A stretch of DNA of 64,000 bases from an uncultured Candidatus Saccharibacteria bacterium. Its GTDB lineage: Bacteria > Patescibacteriota > Saccharimonadia > Saccharimonadales > Saccharimonadaceae. The notes under the pieces are model-generated. The model ran no database searches, had not been told where the DNA came from, and saw nothing but the letters and a program-made list of their open reading frames with translations. The stretch spans positions 18,466 through 82,465 of the forward strand of contig CALIAC010000011.1 in the NCBI GenBank assembly GCA_938041555.1. Direction: 5' to 3'. Shown in pieces: positions 1 to 9,313 of the stretch. Made by a program: the position numbers and the translations under genes. Numbering within the stretch: the first letter of the stretch is position 1; the number at the start of each line of letters is the position of its first letter.

Positions 1-710
1 GCGCCAGCCTGCAATCGCCCCAGGCCTGCCGTTAGCGTCTGCTGCTTGCTCGCTAGTTGGCTAACGCCATTGGTATAGTGAGTAAGACCCGCTTGGAGCC
101 GTGCCGACCCCTGGTGTAAGCGCCCAGCACCATCACCAGCCTGCGCCATGCCATTACCCACTGCACCAATACCCGCTGCCACCTCTTTGAGGTAGGTTTG
201 GGTCACTTGCTCGGCCACTGTTTCCTTCACTTTTTGCGCGGCTTGGCGGCTAATGACTGCGCCAATGTAGTTTTTGGCTGGCGTCAGCTGATACGACACC
301 ACTGCTTGCTGCGGCTTGTCCTGCCGGAGTGAGGCCGCACGCTGCGAGAAATCCTCTGGCACTGTCACCACTGCGTAGTAGTAGCCACGGCGTACGCCAT
401 CATCGGCTTGCTGCTTGGAGACGAATTCCCACTTAAGCGCCTTGCTCTTATGCAGAGACTCGGTCATTGTCTGGCCGATCTGCAGCTCCTTACCATTGAT
501 CTGCGCCCCCTTGTCTTCATTCACAAAGGCAATTGGCAGTCGGTCGGTATGCCCATACGGATCCCACACCGAGCTGAGGAAAAACGCCGCATATATTACC
601 GGCACAAAGGCCAGCGCTATCACTGCCACCAGTAGTGTTTTGCTCTGCAGCAAGTGCCGCCATTCGGCCTGGACCATCACGCTGCGGCGACGCTGGATAG
701 CTTGCTTCAT
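1..710 (-). CDS. YhgE/Pip-domain membrane protein, N-terminal part (gene continues past the left edge of the window)
   Basis: My minus-strand translation from ATG 710-708 stays open to position 1: MKQAIQRRRSVMVQAEWRHLLQSKTLLVAVIALAFVPVIYAAFFLSSVWDPYGHTDRLPIAFVNEDKGAQING... The N-terminal TM helix plus 'WDPYG..PIAFVNED' is the pattern I associate with YhgE/Pip (phage infection protein) N-terminal domains. It starts 4 nt after the Rrf2 stop. Confidence 0.65.
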   Translation of the reverse strand, partial: MKQAIQRRRSVMVQAEWRHLLQSKTLLVAVIALAFVPVIYAAFFLSSVWDPYGHTDRLPIAFVNEDKGAQINGKELQIGQTMTESLHKSKALKWEFVSKQQADDGVRRGYYYAVVTVPEDFSQRAASLRQDKPQQAVVSYQLTPAKNYIGAVISRQAAQKVKETVAEQVTQTYLKEVAAGIGAVGNGMAQAGDGAGRLHQGSARLQAGLTHYTNGVSQLASKQQTLTAGLGRLQAG

Positions 711-714
711 CTTC

Positions 715-1158
715 TCACCCATTGTTCATTAACTCCCGAATAATATCTTGCAACGTCACGCTCTGCAGCGTCTCAGCCCAACGTGCCTGAGCCCGATCAA
801 AGGCACCAAGGATGCTCACCTCACCGCGTTTAATCTTGCTATCATCTGCCTGGCGGGCAAACATCCGCTCGGCTACTCCTTGGTAGTGGACAAAGCTCTC
901 CGTCCCCTCGACTGCCGCCACGATATCCCACAGCGTCAGCTCTGTACTAGCCCGCGCCAAGCGAAAGCCACCACCCGCACCCCTCACCGAGGTAATCAGC
1001 TGGGCTGTTACGAGCTTACGCGTTACTTTAGTAATATACGTTGGCGACACCCCCATCTGCTTTGCCAAGCTCTGGTTCGTCACTGGTGATCGCAGGTCTG
1101 GATGCGCCAGCAAAATCACAATGCAACAGGCCTGCTCGACTGCTCCTGATAATCTCAT
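715..1158 (-). CDS. Rrf2-family transcriptional regulator
   Basis: 147 aa with an ATG start. The winged helix 'NQSLAKQMGVSPTYITKVTRKLVTAQLITSVRGAGGGFRLA' is typical of Rrf2/IscR-like proteins. No three-Cys cluster-ligand set is visible. Confidence 0.85.
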   Translation of the reverse strand: MRLSGAVEQACCIVILLAHPDLRSPVTNQSLAKQMGVSPTYITKVTRKLVTAQLITSVRGAGGGFRLARASTELTLWDIVAAVEGTESFVHYQGVAERMFARQADDSKIKRGEVSILGAFDRAQARWAETLQSVTLQDIIRELMNNG

Positions 1159-1340
1159 GGTTTTATATGCGAGGTGCTATGCAGCCCACCATGCGCAGCA
1201 GCTCACTCCTCCTTTCTTTGATTGTTGATAATGGATATCTAATATCTAGATTATCATAGGCTACTCCCTATTGCAAGCCTATCGTCAGAATATATCCTCC
1301 TAAAAAATCAAGCTACCTCTGTGGTCTTGAGCATATATTT

Positions 1341-1368
1341 TGCTGGGCTGATAAATCACAGCCCAGCA
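1341..1368. terminator. 10-bp perfect hairpin downstream of the methyltransferase gene
   Basis: TGCTGGGCTG-ATAAATCA-CAGCCCAGCA. The T-rich tract is on the plus-strand side only, so its function as the minus-strand terminator is uncertain. Confidence 0.35.
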
Positions 1369-1388
1369 TTGTCTTCTTTGCTTTTGTG

Positions 1389-2243
1389 CTACTTTGCGCG
1401 GTGAGCGAGCGGCTTCGTGCCTTTGTAGAGTAGGTAGCGAAACAGCCCCGCCTCATACAGCGTGCTATAGCCATGCGATGCCATCACGGCATTAACGAAG
1501 AATGGCGCAAGCTTTGCATCTGGCTGAATCCAAGCAAATGGCCGGGCGAGCGAGCGCAAGCGGTGGTATGTTGGCATAACGGCCTCTGTCCAATCAGTCT
1601 CGCTTATATCCGCAAAGCCAGCCTGCTGCAGGGCCTGCGATATCTCACCAGGGTTTTGCTGCCGTACACCAAAGCCACCAGCATGCTGCTCCAAAAAATC
1701 CATCATGCGCTGCTGACGAACCGACATATGGCGAGCATCGACCTCATAATCGGCAAACACTACACGCCCACCTTGCTTGAGGATGCGATAAAATTCCTGC
1801 ATCGTGGCCCGCATATCCTTGGCGTGCGACAGTGTCTCATTCACATACACCACATCGAAATACTCGTCTGGGAAGTCGGTGTGCGAATAATCGCCGAGCA
1901 CAAAGCGCGGCGCAGGGCTCATATGCCGCGACAGCTTCTCAGATATCTTGACCTCTCGTGGTGTGATGGTAATGCCTATTACCTCACCCCCCCCATTGGC
2001 CCGAACGAGGTGCCGCGCCATCACGCCCTGGCCCGAGCCCGCATCGAGCACGCGGTCGGTCTGCTTGAGCTGCAGCTCTTTGGCAAACATCCGCAAGAAG
2101 TTCGCCTGGGCTTGCCGCTCGTTCTTCGTCTCGCTCGTCCAGTAGCCAGCGTGCTGCGAGCGGCCCAGCATCATGTTGTAGCCCGCCCACGAGCCAAACC
2201 GCGAATAGTATGTAGCCACACCGTTGTTCTTTGTGTTCATCAT
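1389..2243 (-). CDS. class I SAM-dependent methyltransferase
   Basis: 284 aa. SAM-binding motif I is 'VLDAGSGQGVMARHL', followed by 'GGRVVFADY'. SD is GGAGAAA directly upstream of ATGATG. Confidence 0.8.
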   Translation of the reverse strand: MMNTKNNGVATYYSRFGSWAGYNMMLGRSQHAGYWTSETKNERQAQANFLRMFAKELQLKQTDRVLDAGSGQGVMARHLVRANGGGEVIGITITPREVKISEKLSRHMSPAPRFVLGDYSHTDFPDEYFDVVYVNETLSHAKDMRATMQEFYRILKQGGRVVFADYEVDARHMSVRQQRMMDFLEQHAGGFGVRQQNPGEISQALQQAGFADISETDWTEAVMPTYHRLRSLARPFAWIQPDAKLAPFFVNAVMASHGYSTLYEAGLFRYLLYKGTKPLAHRAK

Positions 2244-2508
2244 TTTCTCCTTGTTACTATACTTATTCTATAGTATAGCGTAGAACTGCTCAATGGAGTG
2301 GGTTTGCGAGAGCCTTTCTCCACCCTCCTCTCTCAGCCTCTACTCCTCTTTGCTGCTGCCAAGATTCTCTCTCCGTATGTCATTTTTCCTACCTCAGATA
2401 GGTCTATTTTATTAAAGCATGAGCGATATCATAATTATGACAATGGGGCGATTTGTAGTATCATGTATAAGTATAAGTGTTATACCAATGAGGTGAGGAG
2501 GAAACACA

Positions 2509-3159
2509 ATGCCAAAACAAGAAGCAGCTGGCCTGCCATGGCCAGCCCAAGCAGCCCGCAGACAAGCCACACGCCAGTCTGACCCTGCCATCCGCGATAG
2601 CAGCGCCTACCGGCAAAAGCCTGCTGAGGATGCCGAGCGCACCACATCGGCAACCGCGCAGAGCGAGCTCGATGCTGCCAAGACCAAGCTTGCCACCCTG
2701 CAAAAGGCACTGCAGCATGTGACCGCCGTCGAGATTGGTGAGGCACAGCTTGGCACCAGTGCACGCGATTACATTAGCCATGCGCTGGAGGTGTCGCGTA
2801 TTTTTTCTGAGCTCGAGCACCGCCGCGTGCCTGTTAATGGCTCATACAATGGCCAGCCCTTCCAGGTGTTGCCCAGCTCCAACCTCGAGCTGATCGAGCG
2901 CGACCTGGGCCGTGCAAGCTTTGGCCCCTATGGCCCAGCTGGCCTCACCCGCGTTGGTCCTCAGCCCAAAGAAGAGCTTACACTCGACGACTACGTCGCC
3001 GATGCCACTGCTCAAGCCACGGCCGACTACAACACCAAGAAAAAGCAAGCCGACGAGCAAGCCAAAGTTGCCACCGAGCTCCAAACCGCTCAAGAGCTCC
3101 TCGAGCGCAAAGGCTACGGCGTGACCGCACCGGAGGCCAGCAAGACGAAGGCCGCCTAA
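2509..3159 (+). CDS. hypothetical protein (charged, helical)
   Basis: 216-aa ORF with a strong SD (GAGGAGG about 7 nt upstream of the ATG) and a hairpin terminator at 3183-3216. No domain recognised. Confidence 0.55.
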   Translation: MPKQEAAGLPWPAQAARRQATRQSDPAIRDSSAYRQKPAEDAERTTSATAQSELDAAKTKLATLQKALQHVTAVEIGEAQLGTSARDYISHALEVSRIFSELEHRRVPVNGSYNGQPFQVLPSSNLELIERDLGRASFGPYGPAGLTRVGPQPKEELTLDDYVADATAQATADYNTKKKQADEQAKVATELQTAQELLERKGYGVTAPEASKTKAA

Positions 3160-3182
3160 CTAGCTCCATAAATATGCACACC

Positions 3183-3216
3183 AAGGTAAGTGTCGTGATG
3201 GTGCTTACCTTTTTTC
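3183..3216 (+). terminator. rho-independent terminator after 2509..3159
   Basis: Stem AAGGTAAG/CTTACCTT with a 13-nt loop, then TTTTCGTTT. Confidence 0.6.
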
Positions 3217-3310
3217 GTTTGCACAGTAAAGCTCTTGCCGCATCTCTTACCCCTTCCTCTACCACTGACTATGAGGCACTATGCATCTGAATATATCTCT
3301 AGAGTATTCA

Positions 3311-3928
3311 TTATTTGTTCTGCGTCGCCTGTCGCACATACGCCACTGCCCGCACGAAGTCGTCGATGAGCGTTTGGCGCATGGCACCGTTGTATAGCGC
3401 AGCGGCTGGGTGGTAAAGCGGAATGACGACGAACTCTCGCTCGTGCAAACGCACTTTGCGCGGCTGGCCATGGTCACGGCTAATGCGTAGATCGGGGATG
3501 AATCCGCCACCACTGTGCCGGCCAAGAGTAAGCACTGCCTTTGGCTGGATAATATCGAGCTGCTGCATGAGGTACGGCCAAAAGGCGCGCTTCTCCTCCG
3601 GCAGTGGGTCGCGATTATTGGGCGGACGATATTTGACGATATTGGTAATGTACACATCACTGCGCACGAGGCCAGCTGTAGCGAGCATTTCGTCGAGGAA
3701 CTTCCCCGCCGCCCCCACAAATGGCTTGCCCTGCAGGTCTTCATTCTTACCGGGTGCTTCTCCCACAAAGACGATGTCGGCATTGGGGTTGCCATCACCC
3801 AGCACCAGCTGCGTGGCCTGGGCAGCCAGCTCGGGGCAGAGCTTGGCGGCGATAATCTCCTCAGCGAGGTGCGCCAGCTGAGCGGCTTGGGTTTGGTCTG
3901 GCGTGGATGGGTCAAGTGGATGGGTCAT
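3311..3928 (-). CDS. uracil-DNA glycosylase, family 4
   Basis: The listed ORF (to 4258) overlaps the upstream permease gene. The internal ATG at 3928 gives 205 aa with 'GEAPGKNED', 'GKPFVGAAG' and 'LYHPAA' family-4 UDG motifs. Confidence 0.85.
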   Translation of the reverse strand: MTHPLDPSTPDQTQAAQLAHLAEEIIAAKLCPELAAQATQLVLGDGNPNADIVFVGEAPGKNEDLQGKPFVGAAGKFLDEMLATAGLVRSDVYITNIVKYRPPNNRDPLPEEKRAFWPYLMQQLDIIQPKAVLTLGRHSGGGFIPDLRISRDHGQPRKVRLHEREFVVIPLYHPAAALYNGAMRQTLIDDFVRAVAYVRQATQNK

Positions 3929-4071
3929 ATATTCAGTATAACAATCGATGGGCGGATGGAGCAAAAAATCGATACTATAGCGATGTACTACGTATGATAA
4001 TGTATCAAAAACACCCCCACAAAGGAGGTGTTTTGCTATGCGAGGAAGCGATGTGCTGAGTGTACTACTCC

Positions 4072-6321
4072 CTACTCCGTTTGGTTTGCCTCTGGGTCGG
4101 TAAGCTTGCGCACCATGGGCAATACTAGGTAGATGCCGATGATGGCGGCGATGAGCCCTCCACCAACGATGCCAAAGTATAGCGGCGAGAGCGTTGGCTT
4201 GAGCGAGGCGGAGAAGGTTGTGATGAAGACGGTACCAACCCACACCCCAATGGCGCACGAGAGGAGCGAAACACTCAGCAGCGGCACTAGCGACTCCGTC
4301 ATGATGAGGCGCTTGAGCTGGCCAAGACGCATACCACCGAGGCGCAGCGTGTAGAGCGAGCGACGGCGCTCAAACAATCCACCAATCGTCGAGACGATCA
4401 AGCTTGCCACTGCGACGAAGAGTGTCACACCCATGCCAGCGTAGGCCATCTCGGCGAAGTTTTTGATGATGGGGTTGATCTGCGGGTGCTTCTCGAAGTC
4501 CCCACTGCGGATGTAGAGAAAATCGTGCGGGGTCTGGCGGGCATACATGAGGGCACGCACCTTCTCCACGTCATCATTATGGGCAACGGTGAGGAGATAA
4601 TCCTTAGGGCCATTGGTGTTGACTGGCTGCTCGGCGAGCGAGACGGTCTTGACGACGGCACCGTTGAAGTCGAGCAAAGCATAGTGATCACCCTGTGCAC
4701 CGCTGGGGCAGCTGTGCTCGGTGTAGATGGCCAGGTCGCTACAACGGATGGCACGAGCTTGGATGCGGCCATTGTCACCAGCAATAGGGTACATTGGGGC
4801 AACATTGGTGATGTATGGCTGCTCGCTCAGGATTTTTTGTGTATCGGGCTGCAAGACATGATCTTGCGAGGTGATCGCTACAGCGTTGCTGCGCAGCTGC
4901 GAGTAACCGTTGTTGGCCACCGATGAAGCGTTGAGGGCATCAATACCACTCACCGCCGAGAGGTAGAAGCTCCCCGCAAAGAGGGCCAACACTACCCCAC
5001 TCACACTGCGGAAGACGGTCTGTGAATGGACGGCAATCCGCTTGCCCGCGATCAAGGCCGAGCCACTGCGTGCATAGCGTGCCACGATGCGAGCAATTTT
5101 ATTCGTCAGCCAGCCACCAGCCAGCACCAGGCCAAACATCACACTGAGGAAGGCTGCGAAGAGAATGAGGGTCGGTATAGAGCTCTCACTTGCTCGCTCA
5201 GCCATCCAGTCGTGCCCAGGCTTCGACGCCATCCAGCCAAAGATACTAAGGCCAAATGCTAAGGGGATGACACGCCACACCCGCAGCTTCTTTGTCTTTT
5301 CGGCTGAGCGCGAGACACCCAGTGGTGAGAGCTGCGCCTTGCGCATCCGGCGCCAGTTGACGTATGTCGTTAGACCAAGGGTCACGCCAACGATGATAAT
5401 ATACTGGTGCCACTGCAGCGCAAGATCAGCTGGCCAGAAACGCATGTCGCCATAGAAGAAGCCATGAAGCGAGCTCTGCGTGAGTGTAAAGATAACGAGA
5501 CCCAGCACCACACCAGCCAGCGAGGCCAGTAGCGACTCGAGCAGCAGTACACGGGCCACTTGCCCCTTGGTCGCACCCACGAGGCGCAGGGCGGCGTAAC
5601 GCTTCTCGCGCTGTGCCCCACCCAGCTGCGTAGCGACAGCAACAAAGGTGACGATTGGGAAGAGTAAGATCGATCCGCCCACGACCAACATCATCAGCGA
5701 GAATGGGTCGAAGGCAACACTCTGCGCCTTACCATTGACATCGGTAATGTAGACATCGGCGTAGGAGTTGGGCTGCCCATTTTTCTTAGCATATTGGCTG
5801 CTCTTCTCAACCTCCTCCGCACTCACACCCTTGACCAAGGAGAAGTCATCGGGGCTAGCAGAGTACTCGTCTGGCAGTGTGCCGAGGTTGGTGGTGAGGT
5901 TGCCGAAGCGCTCGAGAATCTTATCCTCCGGGTGCTGGGCGATCGCCGCTGCTAAGCCCTTGGAGAGGTAGTATTCACCTGCCTTTGGCGTGTCTATCTT
6001 GGCAAATTTGGCAGACTTCTCAGTGCCCTGCAGCGAGATGACGCTAATCGTCTTGCCTCGCCACTCATCTTTGTTGCCCCGCTCGATGCCACCAGCTTTG
6101 AGCGGCGCTTGGCCAGTCGCTTGTGGCTTTTGGGGTGTATGCTGGGCCGCAGAGATAGTACTTGAGATAATCGCTCGGTTTTGGCGGCCCACCAAGCCAT
6201 TAAGCCCGGCAGCCATATAGCACAGCATGACGATGCCAAGCGAGATAGCTGCTGCCGTCAGGCCCAGGCGCATCATTGATTGCCGGCCCGATTTTTTTAG
6301 TAATAACCAACTAACGCTCAT
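4072..6321 (-). CDS. ABC transporter permease, FtsX/MacB type (duplicated FtsX module)
   Basis: Start trimmed to ATG 6321 (MSVSWLLLKKSGRQSMMRLGL...), 1 nt after the ATPase stop. 749 aa with two 4-TM blocks separated by large soluble loops. Confidence 0.8.
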   Translation of the reverse strand: MSVSWLLLKKSGRQSMMRLGLTAAAISLGIVMLCYMAAGLNGLVGRQNRAIISSTISAAQHTPQKPQATGQAPLKAGGIERGNKDEWRGKTISVISLQGTEKSAKFAKIDTPKAGEYYLSKGLAAAIAQHPEDKILERFGNLTTNLGTLPDEYSASPDDFSLVKGVSAEEVEKSSQYAKKNGQPNSYADVYITDVNGKAQSVAFDPFSLMMLVVGGSILLFPIVTFVAVATQLGGAQREKRYAALRLVGATKGQVARVLLLESLLASLAGVVLGLVIFTLTQSSLHGFFYGDMRFWPADLALQWHQYIIIVGVTLGLTTYVNWRRMRKAQLSPLGVSRSAEKTKKLRVWRVIPLAFGLSIFGWMASKPGHDWMAERASESSIPTLILFAAFLSVMFGLVLAGGWLTNKIARIVARYARSGSALIAGKRIAVHSQTVFRSVSGVVLALFAGSFYLSAVSGIDALNASSVANNGYSQLRSNAVAITSQDHVLQPDTQKILSEQPYITNVAPMYPIAGDNGRIQARAIRCSDLAIYTEHSCPSGAQGDHYALLDFNGAVVKTVSLAEQPVNTNGPKDYLLTVAHNDDVEKVRALMYARQTPHDFLYIRSGDFEKHPQINPIIKNFAEMAYAGMGVTLFVAVASLIVSTIGGLFERRRSLYTLRLGGMRLGQLKRLIMTESLVPLLSVSLLSCAIGVWVGTVFITTFSASLKPTLSPLYFGIVGGGLIAAIIGIYLVLPMVRKLTDPEANQTE

Positions 6322-6322
6322 G

Positions 6323-7003
6323 CTACATCCCTCCCGAGATCTGCCCATCGCGCACGATGATCTCGCGGTCGGCATAGGCAGCAATGGTTGGTTCGTGGGT
6401 GACCATAATCACGGTGGTACCATATTGCTTAGCAGTGGCGATAAATAGCTCCATCACACGCTGCGAGTTGAGGCTGTCGAGCGAGCCCGTTGGCTCATCG
6501 GCAAAGAGCACCTTGGGCTTGATGACCATCGCTCGGGCAATTGCTACCCGCTGCATCTGCCCGCCAGAGAGCTCACCGAGCATGTTGCCCGCCTTGTTGC
6601 CCAGCTCTACATTGTCCAGCCAGCGCTGGGCGGCTTCGTACGCTACGGCACGTTTCTCGCCATTGAGCAGTAGCGGCAGCGCGACATTATCCAGCGCCGT
6701 GAGTTCTGGCACAAGTTGCCCAAACTGGAAGACGAAGCCAAAGGCTGTGCGCCTGAGGATGCTCCGCTGGTCGTCATTGAGCTGGTCGATCCGCTTACCC
6801 GCGCAGTGGATCTCGCCACTATCGACAGGGGTAATCGCCGCTAAACTATGGAGCAATGTACTCTTACCCGAGCCGCTCGGCCCCATAATGGCCAGCACTT
6901 CGCCCGGCATTACATCTAGCGACACGCCGCGCAATGCTTCTGTCTGGCCGAAGGATTTCTTCAGGTTGCGGGCGCTAATGATTGGTTGATTGGTTGGTCT
7001 CAT
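6323..7003 (-). CDS. ABC transporter ATP-binding protein (MacB/LolD-like)
   Basis: Walker A 'GPSGSGKST', ABC signature 'LSGGQMQRVAIARA', Walker B 'VLFADEPT'. Confidence 0.9.
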   Translation of the reverse strand: MRPTNQPIISARNLKKSFGQTEALRGVSLDVMPGEVLAIMGPSGSGKSTLLHSLAAITPVDSGEIHCAGKRIDQLNDDQRSILRRTAFGFVFQFGQLVPELTALDNVALPLLLNGEKRAVAYEAAQRWLDNVELGNKAGNMLGELSGGQMQRVAIARAMVIKPKVLFADEPTGSLDSLNSQRVMELFIATAKQYGTTVIMVTHEPTIAAYADREIIVRDGQISGGM

Positions 7004-7526
7004 TGGTCAGTTCCTCCTTGAGTTTGGTTAAGCGCGACGTCGTTAGTTCAATCCAGCGCAGGTCTGCCTCCAGATGGTACAGTGCGTGGTCGATGAGCAA
7101 CGTGTCGGCTAGGTTGCTTTCGCGGCGGCGGCTTGTGAGGTCGCGCATCCGCTGAATATGGGCTTGCCGCTGGTTGTCTAGGTAGGGCGCGGCATCACCT
7201 TCGCGCAGGATTGCCAGCACGGTTTTGACGTACATATTGGCCTGCGACTGATGCGACGGCAACTCGGGCGCCTCCAGCCAGGCCTGCAGGTCTTGCTTGC
7301 CCTGCTCGGTAATGGCATAGCGCACCCGGTCTGGCCCACCAGACTCACTGGTGTCGGCAATCTCCTCCACCTTGTTGTCACGCTTGAGGCGCCCCAACGT
7401 CGAGTAGACTTGCCCTGGCAAAATTGGCTTATCTTTGCCAAAGAAGCCATCGTACTGCTTCTTTAGCTCGTAGCCATAGTTTGGCGCATTCGCCAACAAT
7501 CCGAGTAATGTATATTGAACGTTCAT
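6975..7526 (-). CDS. PadR-family transcriptional regulator
   Basis: 'YTLLGLLANAPNYGYELKKQYD...LPGQVYSTLGRLKRDNKV' is a PadR winged helix. ATG 7526 is preferred over the listed GTG 7541. The 3' end overlaps the ATPase start by 29 nt. Confidence 0.8.
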   Translation of the reverse strand: MNVQYTLLGLLANAPNYGYELKKQYDGFFGKDKPILPGQVYSTLGRLKRDNKVEEIADTSESGGPDRVRYAITEQGKQDLQAWLEAPELPSHQSQANMYVKTVLAILREGDAAPYLDNQRQAHIQRMRDLTSRRRESNLADTLLIDHALYHLEADLRWIELTTSRLTKLKEELTNETNQSTNH

Positions 7527-7568
7527 ATCTCTACTATACACCGAGTGACTAGCGAGTGCAAGCCTTAT

Positions 7569-7585
7569 TATACACTTAGTGTATA
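7569..7585. promoter_or_regulatory. perfect inverted repeat TATACAC-TTA-GTGTATA, candidate PadR operator
   Basis: Seen directly about 45 nt upstream of the PadR start, in the promoter region of the PadR-ABC operon. PadR proteins are commonly autoregulatory dimers that bind palindromes. Confidence 0.4.
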
Positions 7586-7960
7586 GTTTGGGTCAGAGGA
7601 GCATATTTCAAGAGAATCTACCTCTGTTATCTCGTTCACTCTATATCTTTTTTAGTAGCCCGATTTGATGTATTACCCTGTCACTACCCTACTCCATTGC
7701 CACCAACAAGTCTCGCTTAGTGTCAGCAAACACTATGCCAGTACGCAGCTAGACTCGTTTGCTCATGAGTAGCATACGTAGGCTATTTGCGCATGATGAT
7801 ATGACGGTTACACATATCGCCCTCTCGGGTACGAGCACTTTGTTTAGTGTTGCTATTTGCCGCCCATAAACCCAGCAAAAGTAAAAAGGCCAGTCATACC
7901 ACCAGCGCAGCCACGCAAGGATAGCCAAACTATATAGAGCCTCAGCTTCTCCAAGCACAA

Positions 7961-7990
7961 CAAAAAACACCCCAGCAGTATCTGGGGTGT
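7961..7990 (-). terminator. rho-independent terminator after 8035..9099
   Basis: 9-bp stem ACACCCCAG/CTGGGGTGT with a 6-nt loop, followed on the minus strand by TTTTTT. Confidence 0.7.
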
Positions 7991-8034
7991 TTGCACACGG
8001 TACGTCGAGAGACGATCTATCTCATGGCCAATAA

Positions 8035-9099
8035 TTAGTCGCCAAGGGTATCCATCTTACCCTTGGTGCGCAAGATATCGCGCAGTTCGCGGACAGATTC
8101 TTTGCTCGATGACTGTGCATCTTTGAGCTTGTCGTAGAGCGACTTTGTCAAAGATGTGCTTGGGATCTCGGGGCGCTTTGGTGAGCTACTGCTGCTATCA
8201 CGGTTCTTGTAGTAATTGACGAGGGCTACATAGTAAGCACGCATCTCTTTGCGATACTTGATCTGCTCGTTGGCATAGTCGCGCACGCTGGCGTACTGTG
8301 AGTCCTTCATTTTATTCAGTGCCTTGAGGCAGGAGCTCTGTTGCTCATCATACTTCTGGCCAGCTTCATCACCAGATGCGCTGCTGAGTGGCGAGCTGTA
8401 GCTCGTGCGGCACGAATTGCTGTATTCTTTGTAGGCAGTAGCGACCGCACCCGATTCTTTGAGTAGCGGCTTGACTTTTTCGTAATCACTCTTGTACTCT
8501 TCGAAGGCTTTCTTGACCTCACCATCGCGCATAGCAGCAGCTTTGCCGAGCTTGTCGAAGTGGTCATCCGCCTTGCGCACCACCTCGTTGATTGACGTTT
8601 CTGGGTCTGACCTGTCTATATTAAGGCTGGTTGAGTCGAAGCTATTCATCATAGCGTATGCCTTGCGGTAATCTTCGGTGCTTGGCCCTGAGAATAGTAC
8701 GATACACACGATTATAATGATGATCAGCACAAATATACCAATCCCGCCGCCAATCAAACTCCATAGCAAGCCCTTGCTCATGCCCTGCTTGGGTGGCATT
8801 GGGCCCATTGGCCGGCCTGGCTGTGGCTGCATTGGCTGAGGTTGGCCTGATGCTGGCTGAGCTGGTTGCTGTGAAATGGGTTGAGGTTGAGGTTGAGGCT
8901 GGGGCTGAGCAGCAGGGGCTGGCCCAGCAGCTGGCTGTGGAGCAGCAGGAGTAGGCTGCTCAGTTGGTGCTGGCTCAGCGGTAGCACGCTTGCTGGCCAG
9001 AGCGGCCTTCTCTTCCTCAGTATAAGGTGGGTTATTCATATCAAAGGTTGGGACAGCCTCTGGGGGTTGCTCCTGGGGGGTTGCTGGTTGATTACTCAT
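8035..9099 (-). CDS. single-pass membrane protein with a P/Q-rich N-terminus
   Basis: 354 aa. SD is AAGGAG upstream of the ATG. The N-terminal ~110 aa are Pro/Gln/Ala low complexity (PQPQPQPQP), followed by one TM helix (LLWSLIGGGIGIFVLIIIIIVCIVLF) and a helical Lys/Glu/Ser-rich C-terminal domain. Confidence 0.6.
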   Translation of the reverse strand: MSNQPATPQEQPPEAVPTFDMNNPPYTEEEKAALASKRATAEPAPTEQPTPAAPQPAAGPAPAAQPQPQPQPQPISQQPAQPASGQPQPMQPQPGRPMGPMPPKQGMSKGLLWSLIGGGIGIFVLIIIIIVCIVLFSGPSTEDYRKAYAMMNSFDSTSLNIDRSDPETSINEVVRKADDHFDKLGKAAAMRDGEVKKAFEEYKSDYEKVKPLLKESGAVATAYKEYSNSCRTSYSSPLSSASGDEAGQKYDEQQSSCLKALNKMKDSQYASVRDYANEQIKYRKEMRAYYVALVNYYKNRDSSSSSPKRPEIPSTSLTKSLYDKLKDAQSSSKESVRELRDILRTKGKMDTLGD

Positions 9100-9248
9100 G
9101 CATCTCCTTGTTAACTTGGCTATTATTCACCATAACTATTATACCGGAATAGCAGCAATTGGCCAATATATATCTTGCTGTGGCTGCGCGCCCTCCTCTC
9201 CTTCACGTCCACTCATACAGCACCAAAGAAAGCGGAGGTTGTTACCAG

Positions 9249-9280
9249 CAAAACACCCCACGCATCCTTGCTGGGGTGTT
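9249..9280 (-). terminator. rho-independent terminator after pnp
   Basis: Stem ACACCCCA/TGGGGTGT with an 11-nt loop, then TTTT on the minus strand. Confidence 0.6.
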
Positions 9281-9313
9281 TGTCTTCTGTTGCGAGGCTA
9301 GCGCTCAGATCTG

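Noticed and set aside
1473-2273. 266-aa plus-strand ORF
   Set aside because: It is antisense to the SAM-methyltransferase gene, which has clear motifs and an SD. Shadow ORF.
3929-4258. 110-codon N-terminal extension of the UDG ORF (and the parallel ORF 3259-3915)
   Set aside because: The extension overlaps the 3' end of the FtsX permease gene and is Arg/His/Trp-rich nonsense. The conserved UDG domain begins at the internal ATG 3928.
7749-7970. 73-aa minus-strand ORF in the ~490-bp AT-rich gap between the PadR gene and 8035-9099
   Set aside because: It has no SD, a Trp/Cys/Phe/Tyr-rich improbable composition, and its 5' end (up to 7970) runs into the 7961-7990 terminator hairpin of the gene upstream on the minus strand (8035-9099). 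It is more likely noncoding promoter or terminator space.
7967-9280. Near-identical terminator arms (ACACCCCAG..CTGGGGTGT at 7967-7990 and ACACCCCA..TGGGGTGT at 9253-9279) as a dispersed REP-like element
   Set aside because: Only the GC-rich stems are similar, and the loops and flanks differ. Other terminators in the window use related but different C/G-rich stems. Convergent terminator design is the simpler explanation.
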